Source: Planctomycetaceae bacterium (GTDB lineage Bacteria; Planctomycetota; Planctomycetia; Planctomycetales; Planctomycetaceae). From it: DNA of 64,000 nucleotides. Position 1 is the first letter of the stretch. Each line of letters starts with the position of its first letter. The position numbers and the translations under genes are program-made. Of this stretch, positions 1-9,873 are shown one piece after another. The stretch lies in NCBI GenBank assembly GCA_028284885.1, contig JANQQW010000082.1:4926-68925 (forward strand). Reading direction: 5' to 3'. The notes under the pieces are model-generated. The model was not told the DNA's origin and did not search any database. It saw nothing but the letters and a program-made list of their open reading frames with translations.

Positions 1-423
1 GTCGCCCGCATCGACGAGCACGGCTTCATCACCATCACTGGCCGGCAGTCCCGGTTCTCGAAGATCGGCGGCGAGATGGTGCCGCACATCCGCATCGAGG
101 AGATCCTCGGCCGCATCGTCGACGCGGCCGACACCGCCTCGGGCGAGGAGTCCGAGGACGAGGCTCCGCCACAGCTCGTGGCCGTCACGTCCGTCGCCGA
201 CGACAAGAAGGGCGAACGGCTGATCGTGCTGCACGTGCCGCTGCCGCTCTCCGTCGACGAGCTGCTGCAGAAGTTCGACGAGGAGGACGTGCCAAACCTT
301 TGGCGGCCGGGGCGCGAGTCGTTCCTCGAGGTCGAGGCGATCCCGATCCTCGGCACGGGCAAGCTCGACCTCGCCGGCGTGAAGCGAGTCGCCGAGGAAC
401 GGACGGCCCCGGCGAACGCCTGA
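1..423 (+). CDS. AMP-dependent synthetase/ligase (acyl-CoA / acyl-ACP synthetase family), C-terminal fragment; 5' end lies outside the window
   Basis: Frame +1 is open from nt 1 (VARIDEHGFITITGRQSRFSKIGGEMVPHIRIEE...GTGKLDLAGVKR). This is the C-terminal subdomain pattern of adenylate-forming enzymes, including the late invariant GK. GC3 is high. Confidence 0.75.
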   Translation, partial: VARIDEHGFITITGRQSRFSKIGGEMVPHIRIEEILGRIVDAADTASGEESEDEAPPQLVAVTSVADDKKGERLIVLHVPLPLSVDELLQKFDEEDVPNLWRPGRESFLEVEAIPILGTGKLDLAGVKRVAEERTAPANA

Positions 424-427
424 ATTC

Positions 428-811
428 CTACTCGGCGACGTCGAAGTCGAAGGACGTGTTGCTCGCGGAGACGCTGGCGGCGAGCGGGGAGTCCTCGCCG
501 AACCGCTCGGCGAACGCCGGGTCGGGCTGGGCGTCGGCGGACTGCCGCATCAACCTCACCTGGTACTCGCCCGGCGCCACGGTCGCGATCCGGTAACGAC
601 CTTCGGCATCGGTGATCCCCATCACACTGTTTCCCCCGTCCTCGGGGACGAACAGGACCTCGACGTCGCCTGCGGGCTTCGCGTTCTCGGTGATCGAGCC
701 GGTGACTTCAGGCCAGTCGGCCTTCCCGGTCGCCGCCCCGCCTCCACAGCCGGAAGCACAAGCCAGGGCGACGACCACGAGGAGTCGAACCGGTGTACGG
801 CACGCTTTCAT
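428..811 (-). CDS. Secreted lipoprotein with a carboxypeptidase-regulatory-like (beta-sandwich) domain
   Basis: Signal peptide with lipobox (LVVVALACASGC). 'DAEGRYRIATVAPGEYQV' is typical of CarboxypepD_reg-like folds. It lies about 50 nt downstream of the DUF1559 gene, a common planctomycete pairing. Confidence 0.7.
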   Translation of the reverse strand: MKACRTPVRLLVVVALACASGCGGGAATGKADWPEVTGSITENAKPAGDVEVLFVPEDGGNSVMGITDAEGRYRIATVAPGEYQVRLMRQSADAQPDPAFAERFGEDSPLAASVSASNTSFDFDVAE

Positions 812-859
812 CGGAGGTTCTCGTCTCGATTCGATCGTGGCTTCACACGACGCGTCCGG

Positions 860-1810
860 TCAGTACTCGCCGACCACTTCGCCACCCCGCGGCGTGCCGA
901 TCGCCCGCCAAGTCGATCCGCTGATGCTGTCGCTGACGAAGCGAACCGAGCCGTCGAGGAGGGCGACGTGGACGCCTCCCGTGTGGTAGCTGCCCACGGT
1001 CCCCCAGTTGCGGGCGTTGCCGGCGGAGACGCTGCCCCAGGTGACGGCGGGACTGTTCGGCGTGGCCGAGGTGTGCAGGGAGAACTGGATGTTGCCGTAC
1101 CCCGCGGCCGGGTCGAACCAGCTGCGGCCCATGTTGTTCTTGTGGGAGGCGGGCAGAACGTAGTCCAGCCCCTTGGCGAACTCGCTGAAGGTGACCGTGT
1201 TGCTGGTGCCGTCGGTGACCATGCGAAGGTGCATGTCGGGGGCCCAGAGTCGACCGGACTCGGCTGAGCGGAGCCCCCACCGGGAGGCGAAGATGCCGTT
1301 CGTGTTGTCGCTCCCGTGCCGACCGCACAGGCCGTACCCGTGGCTCGACCCCGCGGTCGGGTAGTTGTGGTTCGCGTAGGTCGAGTCGGCGATCTCGGGG
1401 GCGCTCGGGCAGAGGAACGACGACACCCGGGTCCGGCGGACGCCCGCGTTGCTGGAGTGTTGCGGATCGTGGTCGAAGTCGACCGACTCGTACAGGTTGC
1501 TCTGTTCGAGGTACGGGAGCAGCATCGTGTAGACGGTGTGGGCGTACTCGCCGTTGTCGGTCTCGCAGCAGCAGTCGTTGCCGGTCGTGTGCTGCGAGGC
1601 ACGGGGAATCGCGCCGCCCGTCGTGTCGACGTAGTTGTGGAGCGCGAGGCCGAGCTGCCTCAGGTTGTTGCGGCAACTCGACCGGCGGGCGGCCTCCCGA
1701 GCCTGCTGAACCGCCGGGAGCAGAAGGGCGATCAGGATCGCGATGATCGCGATCACCACCAACAACTCGATGAGCGTGAAACCGCGCGTGGACCGGCTGA
1801 CGTGTCGCAT
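860..1810 (-). CDS. DUF1559 protein with type II secretion / type IV pilin-like N-terminal methylation motif
   Basis: N-terminus is '[52 protein letters not shown]'. The C-terminal '[19 protein letters not shown]' is H-X9-DG-like. Start set at ATG 1810 ([13 protein letters not shown]); the longer ORF to 1966 is non-coding-like. Confidence 0.9.
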   Translation of the reverse strand: MRHVSRSTRGFTLIELLVVIAIIAILIALLLPAVQQAREAARRSSCRNNLRQLGLALHNYVDTTGGAIPRASQHTTGNDCCCETDNGEYAHTVYTMLLPYLEQSNLYESVDFDHDPQHSSNAGVRRTRVSSFLCPSAPEIADSTYANHNYPTAGSSHGYGLCGRHGSDNTNGIFASRWGLRSAESGRLWAPDMHLRMVTDGTSNTVTFSEFAKGLDYVLPASHKNNMGRSWFDPAAGYGNIQFSLHTSATPNSPAVTWGSVSAGNARNWGTVGSYHTGGVHVALLDGSVRFVSDSISGSTWRAIGTPRGGEVVGEY

Positions 1811-2142
1811 GGCGTCCCTCTCTGAACGGGTTCGACGGACCAACCTGAGGGCGAGTGAGCACCCCTCGCGTTCGCGTCTCCCCGACGATTGAGCACGACA
1901 CGTCGGCAGCTCGGGCGAAGCCTTTCGCGCGAGCCACCGACTGACACTGCAACGAGTGCGCCGCATGGATGGCGGACAGGCGTGGGGAAAGCCCTACTCG
2001 GGGACCGAACACGAGTTGGCGTCGGCCGTTGTGGTGTCGGGCGTTTCGAGAATCCGGTCGGACCGAGGGGTCGGACCGTGAGTCGAACGAACGTGCTGCG
2101 TACGAAGAACGCAGTGCTTCGCTCGTCGAGACGGCAGGTGAA

Positions 2143-2898
2143 TCAAGGCAGCGTCACGCGGCCGCCGCTGGCGACGTACGTCTGCCCGGTGACGAAGCTG
2201 GACCGCTCCGAGACGAGGAACATCACCAGTTCCGCGACGTCTTCGGGCGTGCCGATCCGGCGGAGCGGCGTCGCGGCGATCCCGGCGGCGAGCCGGTCGT
2301 CGGCGATCTCGTGCACCATCTCCGTCTCGATCAACCCCGGAGCGACGGCGTTCACGCGAACGTCGTGCGGCCCGAACGCCTCGGCCGTGCTCTTCGTCAA
2401 CGAGACCAGTCCCGCCTTGCTGACGGCGTACGGGATGCACCGCGGCCGGGGTCGCAGCCCCGCCACCGAGGTCACGTTGACGATGCGACCGAAGCCGCGT
2501 TCGATCATGCCGTCCTTCACCGCCCACGTCGTCAGGAACGCGCTCGTCAGGTTGTTGTCGAGCATCCGTTTCCAGGAGTCGAACGTCGTCTCCTCGTGTG
2601 GCACGTACTCGAACACCCCGGCGTTGTTGACGAGCACGTCGACCGGTCCGAGTGCCTGCTCGACCTCGGCGACGAGTCGTTCGACCTCCTCCGGCTGCGA
2701 GACGTCCGCCTGGACGACGAGGCCGTCCGCCCCGGCCTCGCGGACGGCGGCCAGGGTCTCCTCGGCGGCCTTCTGGCTTCCGCGGTAGTTGACTGCGACG
2801 TTCGCCCCGGCACGGGCGAGCTGCAGGCAGACCGCTCGGCCGATGCCCTTCGCTCCGCCCGTCACGAGGGCCGTCCGCCCGGCGAGTTCTCGTTCCAC
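2143..2898 (-). CDS. Short-chain dehydrogenase/reductase, 3-oxoacyl-ACP reductase (FabG)-like
   Basis: 'ALVTGGAKGIGRA' Rossmann motif, 'NNAGV', 'YAVSKAG' catalytic Y-x3-K. GTG 2898, preceded by GGGAG, is chosen as the start. ATG 2997 is an alternative. Confidence 0.85.
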   Translation of the reverse strand: MERELAGRTALVTGGAKGIGRAVCLQLARAGANVAVNYRGSQKAAEETLAAVREAGADGLVVQADVSQPEEVERLVAEVEQALGPVDVLVNNAGVFEYVPHEETTFDSWKRMLDNNLTSAFLTTWAVKDGMIERGFGRIVNVTSVAGLRPRPRCIPYAVSKAGLVSLTKSTAEAFGPHDVRVNAVAPGLIETEMVHEIADDRLAAGIAATPLRRIGTPEDVAELVMFLVSERSSFVTGQTYVASGGRVTLP

Positions 2899-3025
2899 TT
2901 GTCCGGCTCCCAATCGTGTCGAAGTGGCTGCTGCTGCAGACGTTCGGCGAATCTCTCCGCGCCCGACAGAATAGGCGTCGGCGGTGTGGCGTTGCATCCG
3001 ATAGACTTCCCATCGACAATCCGCG

Positions 3026-4450
3026 ATGGATCACCGACACCTTCGGGGCGGACGCGTGGCGAACGGAACATCACGACGGAACTTCGTCCAACTGGGCTTC
3101 GGCGGGCTGCTGGGCACGCAACTCCTCGCCGCTCGCCGCAGCAGTGCGGCCGGGCCGCGCGCCGTTGGCGGATTCGGCCGGGCGAAGAACTGCATCGTGC
3201 TGTTCTCCTGGGGCGGCATGAGCCACCTCGACACGTTCGACCCCAAGCCGAACGCCGGCAGCGACGTCCGGAGTGCGTTCGCCACCGTCGAGACGGCCAC
3301 GCCCGGGATCCGGATCGCCGAGCACACCCCGGAACTCGCGAAGCGGATGCAGGACGTCGCGCTCGTCCGCAGCGTGCACCACCAGTCGGCCGGCCACCGC
3401 TACGCGGCGTACTGGAACCTCACCGGTCACCGCCCCCAGCCGCTCTCGGGCCCGGCGTTGCCGCCCTCGCGTGACGACTGGCCGAGCCTCGGTTCGATGG
3501 TCGCCTTCGCCCGTGAGAACGACCCCCGCCGGAACCGCACGTTCCCGGGGACGTTCAGCCTGCCGTACCCCGTGGCCGACCGGGGCATTCTGAACGGCCA
3601 GTACGCCGGCATGCTCGGGATCGACTACGACCCGGTCTACGTGAAGCCGAAGAAGGGAGCGCCCTACGCGGGGGTCTCGCCGGACGCCGTGCCGTTGTCG
3701 CTCGACCCGGTGGCCGGGGTGACCGGGGACCGGATCGCCGCGCGGCGGGAACTGCTCGCACGAGTCGAGTCGACTGCTCCCGCCTTCACCCGGAACGCCG
3801 TGGACGCTGCGGTCGTGCGACAGTCCTCGAATCGCGACCAGGCGTTCGACCTCGTGTCCGGAGGAGCGGCACGCGACGTGTTCGACCTGTCTCTCGAGTC
3901 CGAGCAGACCCGGCAGGCGTACGGCGAACACGTCTGCGGGCAGAGCGTGTTGACGGCCCGGCGACTCGTCGACGCGGGCGTGCCGCTGGTGACCGTCTAC
4001 TGCGGGGCCGGCGACCTGAACGGCGGACAGGGGGCGCACTGGGACACGCACGGCAACGGCTACAACCGGCTGAAGAACGACCTGTTGCCGCCGCTCGACC
4101 AGGCGAGCGGTGCCCTGCTCGACGACCTGAAGAGCACCGGGAAACTGGACGAGACGCTCGTCGTCTGGTTCACCGAGTTCGGTCGCACGCCGAAGCTCTC
4201 GCCGGGTGGCGGCCGCAACCACTTTCCCTCCTGCTACAGCGTCGCCTTCGCTGGCGGCGGCATTCGCGGCGGGCAGGTGTACGGCAGCAGCGACAAGATC
4301 GGCAGCGAACCGGCCTCCGGCGCTTGCGGCCCGGAGGAACTGCACGCCACGGTCTTCCACGCCCTCGGGATCGACCGGCAGACGACGTTCGACGACCTCC
4401 GCGGCCGCCCCCGCTTCCTCTGCGAGGCGGATCCGCTGCCGCTGTTCTGA
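3026..4450 (+). CDS. DUF1501 domain protein (sulfatase-like fold, Tat-exported)
   Basis: Tat motif 'SRRNFVQLG'. Signature 'SWGGMSHLDTFDPKP ... HWDTHGN ... WFTEFGRTP' is typical of planctomycete DUF1501. Confidence 0.85.
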   Translation: MDHRHLRGGRVANGTSRRNFVQLGFGGLLGTQLLAARRSSAAGPRAVGGFGRAKNCIVLFSWGGMSHLDTFDPKPNAGSDVRSAFATVETATPGIRIAEHTPELAKRMQDVALVRSVHHQSAGHRYAAYWNLTGHRPQPLSGPALPPSRDDWPSLGSMVAFARENDPRRNRTFPGTFSLPYPVADRGILNGQYAGMLGIDYDPVYVKPKKGAPYAGVSPDAVPLSLDPVAGVTGDRIAARRELLARVESTAPAFTRNAVDAAVVRQSSNRDQAFDLVSGGAARDVFDLSLESEQTRQAYGEHVCGQSVLTARRLVDAGVPLVTVYCGAGDLNGGQGAHWDTHGNGYNRLKNDLLPPLDQASGALLDDLKSTGKLDETLVVWFTEFGRTPKLSPGGGRNHFPSCYSVAFAGGGIRGGQVYGSSDKIGSEPASGACGPEELHATVFHALGIDRQTTFDDLRGRPRFLCEADPLPLF

Positions 4451-4477
4451 GTCCCGACGACGGCACGAGAACGAAAC

Positions 4478-4509
4478 GAGCCCGGCATCACGTGCGTGCT
4501 GCCGGGCTC
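4478..4509. terminator. Bidirectional hairpin between convergent genes
   Basis: Perfect 10-bp stem GAGCCCGGCA / TGCCGGGCTC with a 12-nt loop. It is flanked by CGAAAC upstream and GGTTTCGG downstream, between the stop codons at 4450 (+) and 4556 (-). Confidence 0.5.
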
Positions 4510-4555
4510 GGTCGGTTTCGGTCGTCGGCGACGGACGTCTGCTGCGGGCCTCGCG

Positions 4556-4879
4556 TCACCAGCCGATCGACATGTTCGTCTCGATGATCCGCTGGGCCTC
4601 GTGGAGGTCCGAGCCGGTGTCGAGCATGTACAGACGAATGGCGTGCAGCTTGTCGCCGCGGGCGCGGGAGAGGCAGTCGCGGGCGATGTCGTTCGGCTCC
4701 ACGCTCCCCTTGATGCCGAGCAGTCGCTTGGAGATGACCCAGATGTCCCGCGGCCGCTTCGTCAGCCGGAGGACGTCCTCGTCCGGGTAGTGCTCGTTGG
4801 CGATCGCCTTGGCGGCTTCCTCGTCGTTCGCCCAGCCGATCATGATGTGGGCGCTCGTCTCGATCTCGTACAGGGCCAT
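4556..4879 (-). CDS. Small hypothetical protein with a ribosomal L7/L12 C-terminal-domain-like motif
   Basis: 107-aa ORF with coding-like GC3. 'GDKLHAIRLYMLDTGSDLHEAQRIIE' fits the K-I-x-A-I-K-x-x-R-x-x-T-G-x-x-L-x-E-A-K pattern. Confidence 0.6.
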   Translation of the reverse strand: MALYEIETSAHIMIGWANDEEAAKAIANEHYPDEDVLRLTKRPRDIWVISKRLLGIKGSVEPNDIARDCLSRARGDKLHAIRLYMLDTGSDLHEAQRIIETNMSIGW

Positions 4880-4928
4880 GGCCGTGCGTTGCTCCGTACC
4901 GGTGGGTGAACGCGAGTAAAATTAGCGA

Positions 4929-4964
4929 ACCGGGCCGCGTCCTGCCACTCGACGCGGCCCCGGT
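4929..4964 (-). terminator. Hairpin terminator downstream of tsaB
   Basis: An approx. 13-bp stem (ACCGGGCCGCGTC / GACGCGGCCCCGGT, one bulge) lies 5 nt after the tsaB stop. On the transcribed strand it is followed by TTCGCTAATTTTAC. Confidence 0.45.
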
Positions 4965-4968
4965 TTCG

Positions 4969-5688
4969 TCATTCGCCGGGGGCCGTTCGTCGCCGCTCCT
5001 CCCACTTCACCTCGGCCGAGCTTCTCCGCCGGTAGGCCGGCTCCAGAGAGACCGGGTCGGCCGTCTCGAGAGCGAGCAGTTTCTCGCGACCGAGGACCGC
5101 CACGGTCTCCGCAGACGGGTTCCACAGACTGGAGTCCACCAGTCGGCAGCGCTCGCGAAGCTGGTCGCCGAACCGCTCGCAGCCGGGGCCGGTGAGGACC
5201 TGCTCCTCGCTGCGTCCGGTGATCCACTCGTCGGCTGGCTCGACCACGAGCGGTCCCGTCGGTCGTGCCGAACCGTCGGCCACCTCGTACTCCTGCACGA
5301 ACAAGTCGCCCCGCTGCGCGTCGTCGAGGACGATCAGCGTCGAGACGTCGCCGGCCTCTCGGGCGACCCGGAGGGCGAGTCCGGCGAACGTGTCGACCGC
5401 CAGCAGCGGCACACCCAGGACGTGGGCCATCGTCTTCGCCGCGACCACGCCGACTCTCAGACCGGTGAAGCTCCCGGGGCCGATGCTGACGGCCACTCCG
5501 TCGAGGTCGGCGAAAGGAGTCTCGCGGGACTTCAGAAGCTCGACGGTCTCGGCGAGCAGCGTCTGGGCGTGTCTTCGGCCCGCGGTGTTGAGCGTCCGAA
5601 CGTGCAGGACGTCCGCGTCGTCGAGCAGCGCGACGCTGCCCAGCCGGCCAGACGTCTCGAGGGCGAGGAGCTTCGGGCTCGTGGTCAC
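4969..5688 (-). CDS. tsaB: tRNA N6-threonylcarbamoyladenosine biosynthesis protein TsaB
   Basis: 'LLALETSGRLGSVALL ... DLDGVAVSIGPGSFTGLRVGVVAAKTMAHVLGVPLLAV' is the classic YeaZ/TsaB core. GTG start. Confidence 0.9.
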   Translation of the reverse strand: MTTSPKLLALETSGRLGSVALLDDADVLHVRTLNTAGRRHAQTLLAETVELLKSRETPFADLDGVAVSIGPGSFTGLRVGVVAAKTMAHVLGVPLLAVDTFAGLALRVAREAGDVSTLIVLDDAQRGDLFVQEYEVADGSARPTGPLVVEPADEWITGRSEEQVLTGPGCERFGDQLRERCRLVDSSLWNPSAETVAVLGREKLLALETADPVSLEPAYRRRSSAEVKWEERRRTAPGE

Positions 5689-5730
5689 GGGCGCGGGGCC
5701 GAGGGCGTCGGTTGAGGGGGGCGGGTTCGG

Positions 5731-7668
5731 ATGTTACACACCGGTTTCGGCCCCACGCCACGCTCCCGCGGTCCCCACGTGCTCGAACGCCTCGGTCGAC
5801 TCCTCCCCGCACTGGAAGTGAAGACGACCGGGAAGTGGTTCCTGCTGTCGGGGCTGGTCGGCGTCGTGACCGGTCTGGGCGCGATCCTGTTCCAGTTGCT
5901 CTGCCAGATCGTCGTGCACTTCACGTTGGTCAGCCTGGCCGGGTTCCAGCCGGGCGAGGCCGCCGGCGAGTCGCCGTTGTTCGAGGCCCACGACGTCGTC
6001 TTCCGTCCGTGGGCACTGGTCCTGGTGATGGCCCTCGGCGGACTCGTCTCGGGGGTCATCGTCTACGCGTTCGCCCCCGAGGCCGCCGGGCCGGGGACGG
6101 ACGCCGCCATCGACGCGTTCCACAACCGGCGGGGCGTCGTCAGGGCCCGTGTCCCGTTCGTGAAGACGATCGCCTCGGCCATCACGCTGGGGACCGGCGG
6201 GTCGGCCGGTCGCGAGGGGCCGATCGCACAGATCGGCGCGGGGTTCGGTTCGATGGTCGCCGGGGCACTCGGACTCAGCGACCGCGACCGCCGCATCCTC
6301 CTCGCCGCCGGAATGGGGGCCGGCGTGGGGGCCATCTTCCGGTCGCCGCTCGCCGGGGCGCTCTTCTCGGCGGAGATCCTCTACCGCGAAGAGGAACTCG
6401 AGTCGGACGTGATCGTCCCGGCCGCCTTCTCGGCGATCGTCGGCTACGCCGTCTTCGGGTCGTTCGGGCCGGGCGGGTCCGACTACCACTTCGTCCCGCT
6501 GTTCGGCGAGACGCTGGGCCGGTACCGCTTCGAGACGGCGACGGAACTGTTCCCGCTCACGGTGCTCGCGCTGGTGCTCGTCTTCGTCGGCATGCTCTAC
6601 ATCCGGGTCCTCTCCTGGACCCGCGAGGCGTTCGACCGCATTCCCGTCGTCCCGCACGTCAAGCCGATGATCGGGGCGACGCTCGCCGCGCTCGTCGGAC
6701 TCGCCGGGTACTACGCCATGGGGGCCCACCCGCACGTGCTGTCGGTCCTCTCGACCGGCTACGGAACGCTGCAGGACGCGCTCGTCGGGGACTTCGACGA
6801 GGTCGGGGAGGGAACCTGGACCGTCGTCGGCGTCCTCTTTACCGTCGCGTTCGGCAAGATCCTGACGACCTCGCTGACGACCGGGTCCGGCGGGTCGGGC
6901 GGCGTCTTCGGTCCCTCCATGGTCATCGGCGGCTGTCTCGGGGCGGCCGTCGGACTGCTCTTCCGCAGCGAACACCCCGGCTTCTACGCCGTCGTGGGGA
7001 TGACGGGCTTCTTCGGCGGGTGCGCCCACGCCCCCATCTCCACCATCATCATGGTCTCGGAGCTGACGGGCGAGTACAAGCTGCTCGTCCCGGCCATGTG
7101 GGTCTCCGCGCTCTGTTTCCTGTTGAGCCGTCGGTTCACGCTCTACTCGCGGCAGGTTCCCACACGGCTGGAGTCCCCCGCCCACCGCGGCGACTTCATC
7201 GTCGACGTGCTCGAGGGCATCCGCGTCGAGGAGGTCTACCGCAAGGACGTCGACGTCACGTTCGTGCCGGAACGGATGACGCTCGACCAGATCGTCCACG
7301 TCGTCGCCGAGACGCAGCAGCACTACTACCCGGTGATCGACGACCAGAACCGCTTCGTCGGCATCTTCTCGTCGGACGACGTCCGGTCGTACCTGTTCGA
7401 CGAGACGATCTGGCAGCTCGCCGTCGCCCGCGACGTGATGGTGACCGACGTCGTCAGCGTGACGCCCGACGACGACCTGAACACGGCCCTGCGCCGGTTC
7501 ACGGCCATCAACCTCGACGAGCTCCCGGTGCTCGACCCGAACGACCCGTCGCGCTTCCTCGGCATGATTCGCCGCAAGGAGACGATCGCCGCGTACAATC
7601 GAGCGCTTCTCGAACACAAGCAAGTGTCGGAGGCGTCCGTCACGGGAAGCTCGACGACCTCCACGTGA
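5731..7668 (+). CDS. ClC-family voltage-gated chloride channel with C-terminal CBS pair
   Basis: 'GGSAGREGPIAQIG' and 'GGVFGPSMVIGG' selectivity-filter motifs, multiple TM segments, C-terminal 'YYPVIDDQNRFVGIFS ... LDELPVLD' CBS repeats. Confidence 0.9.
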   Translation: MLHTGFGPTPRSRGPHVLERLGRLLPALEVKTTGKWFLLSGLVGVVTGLGAILFQLLCQIVVHFTLVSLAGFQPGEAAGESPLFEAHDVVFRPWALVLVMALGGLVSGVIVYAFAPEAAGPGTDAAIDAFHNRRGVVRARVPFVKTIASAITLGTGGSAGREGPIAQIGAGFGSMVAGALGLSDRDRRILLAAGMGAGVGAIFRSPLAGALFSAEILYREEELESDVIVPAAFSAIVGYAVFGSFGPGGSDYHFVPLFGETLGRYRFETATELFPLTVLALVLVFVGMLYIRVLSWTREAFDRIPVVPHVKPMIGATLAALVGLAGYYAMGAHPHVLSVLSTGYGTLQDALVGDFDEVGEGTWTVVGVLFTVAFGKILTTSLTTGSGGSGGVFGPSMVIGGCLGAAVGLLFRSEHPGFYAVVGMTGFFGGCAHAPISTIIMVSELTGEYKLLVPAMWVSALCFLLSRRFTLYSRQVPTRLESPAHRGDFIVDVLEGIRVEEVYRKDVDVTFVPERMTLDQIVHVVAETQQHYYPVIDDQNRFVGIFSSDDVRSYLFDETIWQLAVARDVMVTDVVSVTPDDDLNTALRRFTAINLDELPVLDPNDPSRFLGMIRRKETIAAYNRALLEHKQVSEASVTGSSTTST

Positions 7669-7701
7669 CGTCGACCACTCGTCGTAGCGAGCCCCTCGAT
7701 C

Positions 7702-9447
7702 GTGCCCTTCGGATACCACGGCCGCTACCTCCGCGTCGACGTGGCGGACGGATCGGCTCGGTCCGTCGCGATTCCCGAGGTCGTGCTCCGCGGGCACGTC
7801 GGCGGGGCCGGGCTGGGGACGTGGCTCCTGCTGCGGGAGACGAGCGGCGAGTACGACGCACTCGAACCGGCGGCCCCGCTCGTGTTCGTCTTCAGCCCGC
7901 TGGTCGGCACGCCGTTGACGACGTCGGCGAAGTTCGCCGTCGTCGCGAAGTCACCGCTCACCGAACGGCTCAACGACTCGCTCTCCTCGTCGCACTTCGC
8001 CGTCGCCGGGAAGAAGACCGGGTACGACGCGATCGTCGTCGTCGGCCGTGCCTCGAAGCCCTCGGTCCTGACGGTCGACGAGGACGACGTGCGAGTCGAG
8101 CCGGCGGGCGACCTCGTCGGCGAGTCGATTCCGCGGACCGAGTCCGCGCTGGCCGAGCGACTCGACGTCGGGTTCCGGGTCGCGTGCATCGGCCCTGCCG
8201 GCGAGCACCTCGTTCCCTTCGCGACGATCTCGCACGACGGTCGCCATGCCGGCCGCGGCGGCCACGGGGCCGTCATGGGCTCGAAGAACCTCAAGGCGAT
8301 CGCCGTCCGCGGCAACCGACGCGTCGAGACGGCCCAGCCAGAAAGCCTGGTCGAGTACGCCCGCGACCTCTCGCGAAGGTCCTTCGGTCCCGCGACCGCC
8401 AAGTACCGCGAGCTCGGAACGGTCGCCAACCTGCTCGCCTTCAACCGCCTGCAGACACTGCCGACGCGGAACTTCCGTGAGTCCGAGTTCCCAAAGGCCG
8501 CTCGACTCGCGCCGGAGACCATCGCCGACTCCCGTGAGAAGACCCGCGTGTCGTGCGCCGCCTGCACGATCGGCTGCGAGCACGTCTACGAACGTCCCGG
8601 CAACCCCGACGACTCCGGCGTGCGGCTCGAGTACGAGAACCTCTACGCCCTCGGGCCGCTGTGCGGTGTCTCGGACCCGGACGTCGTCATCGAGGCCTCG
8701 GCTCGCTGCGACGAACTCGGGCTCGACACCGTCAGCACGGGCGGCACGATCGCATTGGCGATGGAGTGTGCCGAACGCGGCCTGCTCGACGCTCCCGGCC
8801 TCCGCTTCGGCAACGGCGAGGCCTTGATGAACGCCGTCGAGGCGATCGGCTCGCGAACGGGACTCGGCGAACTGCTGGCACTCGGCAGTCGAGAACTCGC
8901 GAACCACCTCGGTGGCGAGGCCGTGTCGCTCGCCGTGCACGTCAAGGGGCTGGAACTCCCCGGTTACGATCCCCGTTCGCTGCCGACGATGGCTCTCGGC
9001 TTCGCCGTCGGGGCCCGCGGGGCCGACCACAACCGCAGCGGCGGCTACGAGGCCGACTTCGCCGCCGACGCCGACCCACTCGCTCCCGCCGACGTGGTCG
9101 CCCGGGCGGCCGTCGCCACCGAGAACGAGGCCGTCTTGATGGACTCGCTCATCCTCTGCAAGTTCCTCCGCGGCGTCTTCGACGACCGCGTCGCCGCCAT
9201 GGCCGAGATGCTCACGCTCGTCACCGGCTGGGACGTCACGGCCGACGAGCTCGTTCGATCGGCAGACGGCATCGTCACCGCGAAGAAGCGGTTCAACGCC
9301 CGGCAGGGTTGGCGGCCCGACGAGGACACGCTGCCCGACCGGCTTCTCGAGGGTGGTGTGCTGGACAGCGACCGCTTGGAGGCACTCGTCGAACGCTACA
9401 ACACGCTTCGTGGCTGGAGTGCGGACGGTTGGCCAGCCGAAGAGTGA
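7702..9447 (+). CDS. aor: Aldehyde:ferredoxin oxidoreductase (AOR) family tungstopterin enzyme
   Basis: N-terminus 'GYHGRYLRVDVADGS...GGAGLGTWLL'. [4Fe-4S] motif 'CAACTIGC' (C-x2-C-x3-C). 'GLDTVSTGGTIA' and 'DSLILCKF' AOR signatures. GTG start. Confidence 0.88.
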   Translation: MPFGYHGRYLRVDVADGSARSVAIPEVVLRGHVGGAGLGTWLLLRETSGEYDALEPAAPLVFVFSPLVGTPLTTSAKFAVVAKSPLTERLNDSLSSSHFAVAGKKTGYDAIVVVGRASKPSVLTVDEDDVRVEPAGDLVGESIPRTESALAERLDVGFRVACIGPAGEHLVPFATISHDGRHAGRGGHGAVMGSKNLKAIAVRGNRRVETAQPESLVEYARDLSRRSFGPATAKYRELGTVANLLAFNRLQTLPTRNFRESEFPKAARLAPETIADSREKTRVSCAACTIGCEHVYERPGNPDDSGVRLEYENLYALGPLCGVSDPDVVIEASARCDELGLDTVSTGGTIALAMECAERGLLDAPGLRFGNGEALMNAVEAIGSRTGLGELLALGSRELANHLGGEAVSLAVHVKGLELPGYDPRSLPTMALGFAVGARGADHNRSGGYEADFAADADPLAPADVVARAAVATENEAVLMDSLILCKFLRGVFDDRVAAMAEMLTLVTGWDVTADELVRSADGIVTAKKRFNARQGWRPDEDTLPDRLLEGGVLDSDRLEALVERYNTLRGWSADGWPAEE

Positions 9448-9525
9448 CCGCGGGGCGTTTCCCGCGTTGCACGGGCCTCTTCGACGGGCGACAATCCTCT
9501 CAAGCTCGCTCAGGACTCGTTCCGC

Positions 9526-9867
9526 ATGCCGCTCGAAGTGATTCTCATCCCCGGCCGGTCCAGCCGTCAGGGCACGACCCTCAACGAGGGGAAGTACACC
9601 GACGGCTACAAGGACGAGACGAGCACGCTCCGCGTGAACCCCGCCGACATGCAGCGGCTCGGCGTCGCCGAGGGGGACCGCGTCCGCATGTGGAACGACG
9701 TCGGCTCCGTCGAGGTGCCGGTGGTCGACGCGAAGGACGAGTGTCCCGAGGGGCTCGTCTTCATCTGCTACGGCGACAAGTCCAGCCAGTTGATGGCCGG
9801 CGAGACCCACGGCAGCGGCATGCCGACGAGCAAGGGCCTCGACGTGTTCCTCGAGAGGATCTCGTGA
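9526..9867 (+). CDS. fwdD: Formylmethanofuran dehydrogenase subunit D-like protein (molybdopterin dinucleotide-binding domain)
   Basis: 113 aa: 'ILIPGRSSRQGTTLNEGKYTDGY...TLRVNPADMQRLGVAEGDRVRMWNDVGSVEVPV...PEGLVFI'. This is the barrel domain IV of Mo/W-bisPGD enzymes as a stand-alone protein, as in FwdD/FmdD. Confidence 0.75.
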   Translation: MPLEVILIPGRSSRQGTTLNEGKYTDGYKDETSTLRVNPADMQRLGVAEGDRVRMWNDVGSVEVPVVDAKDECPEGLVFICYGDKSSQLMAGETHGSGMPTSKGLDVFLERIS

Positions 9868-9873
9868 CGGCCG

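Noticed and set aside
3026-4450. DUF1501 gene without the usual adjacent DUF1549/DUF1553 (PSCyt) partner gene
   Set aside because: Orphan DUF1501 copies are, to my knowledge, common in planctomycete genomes, which carry dozens of paralogues. Nothing in the sequence itself is unusual.
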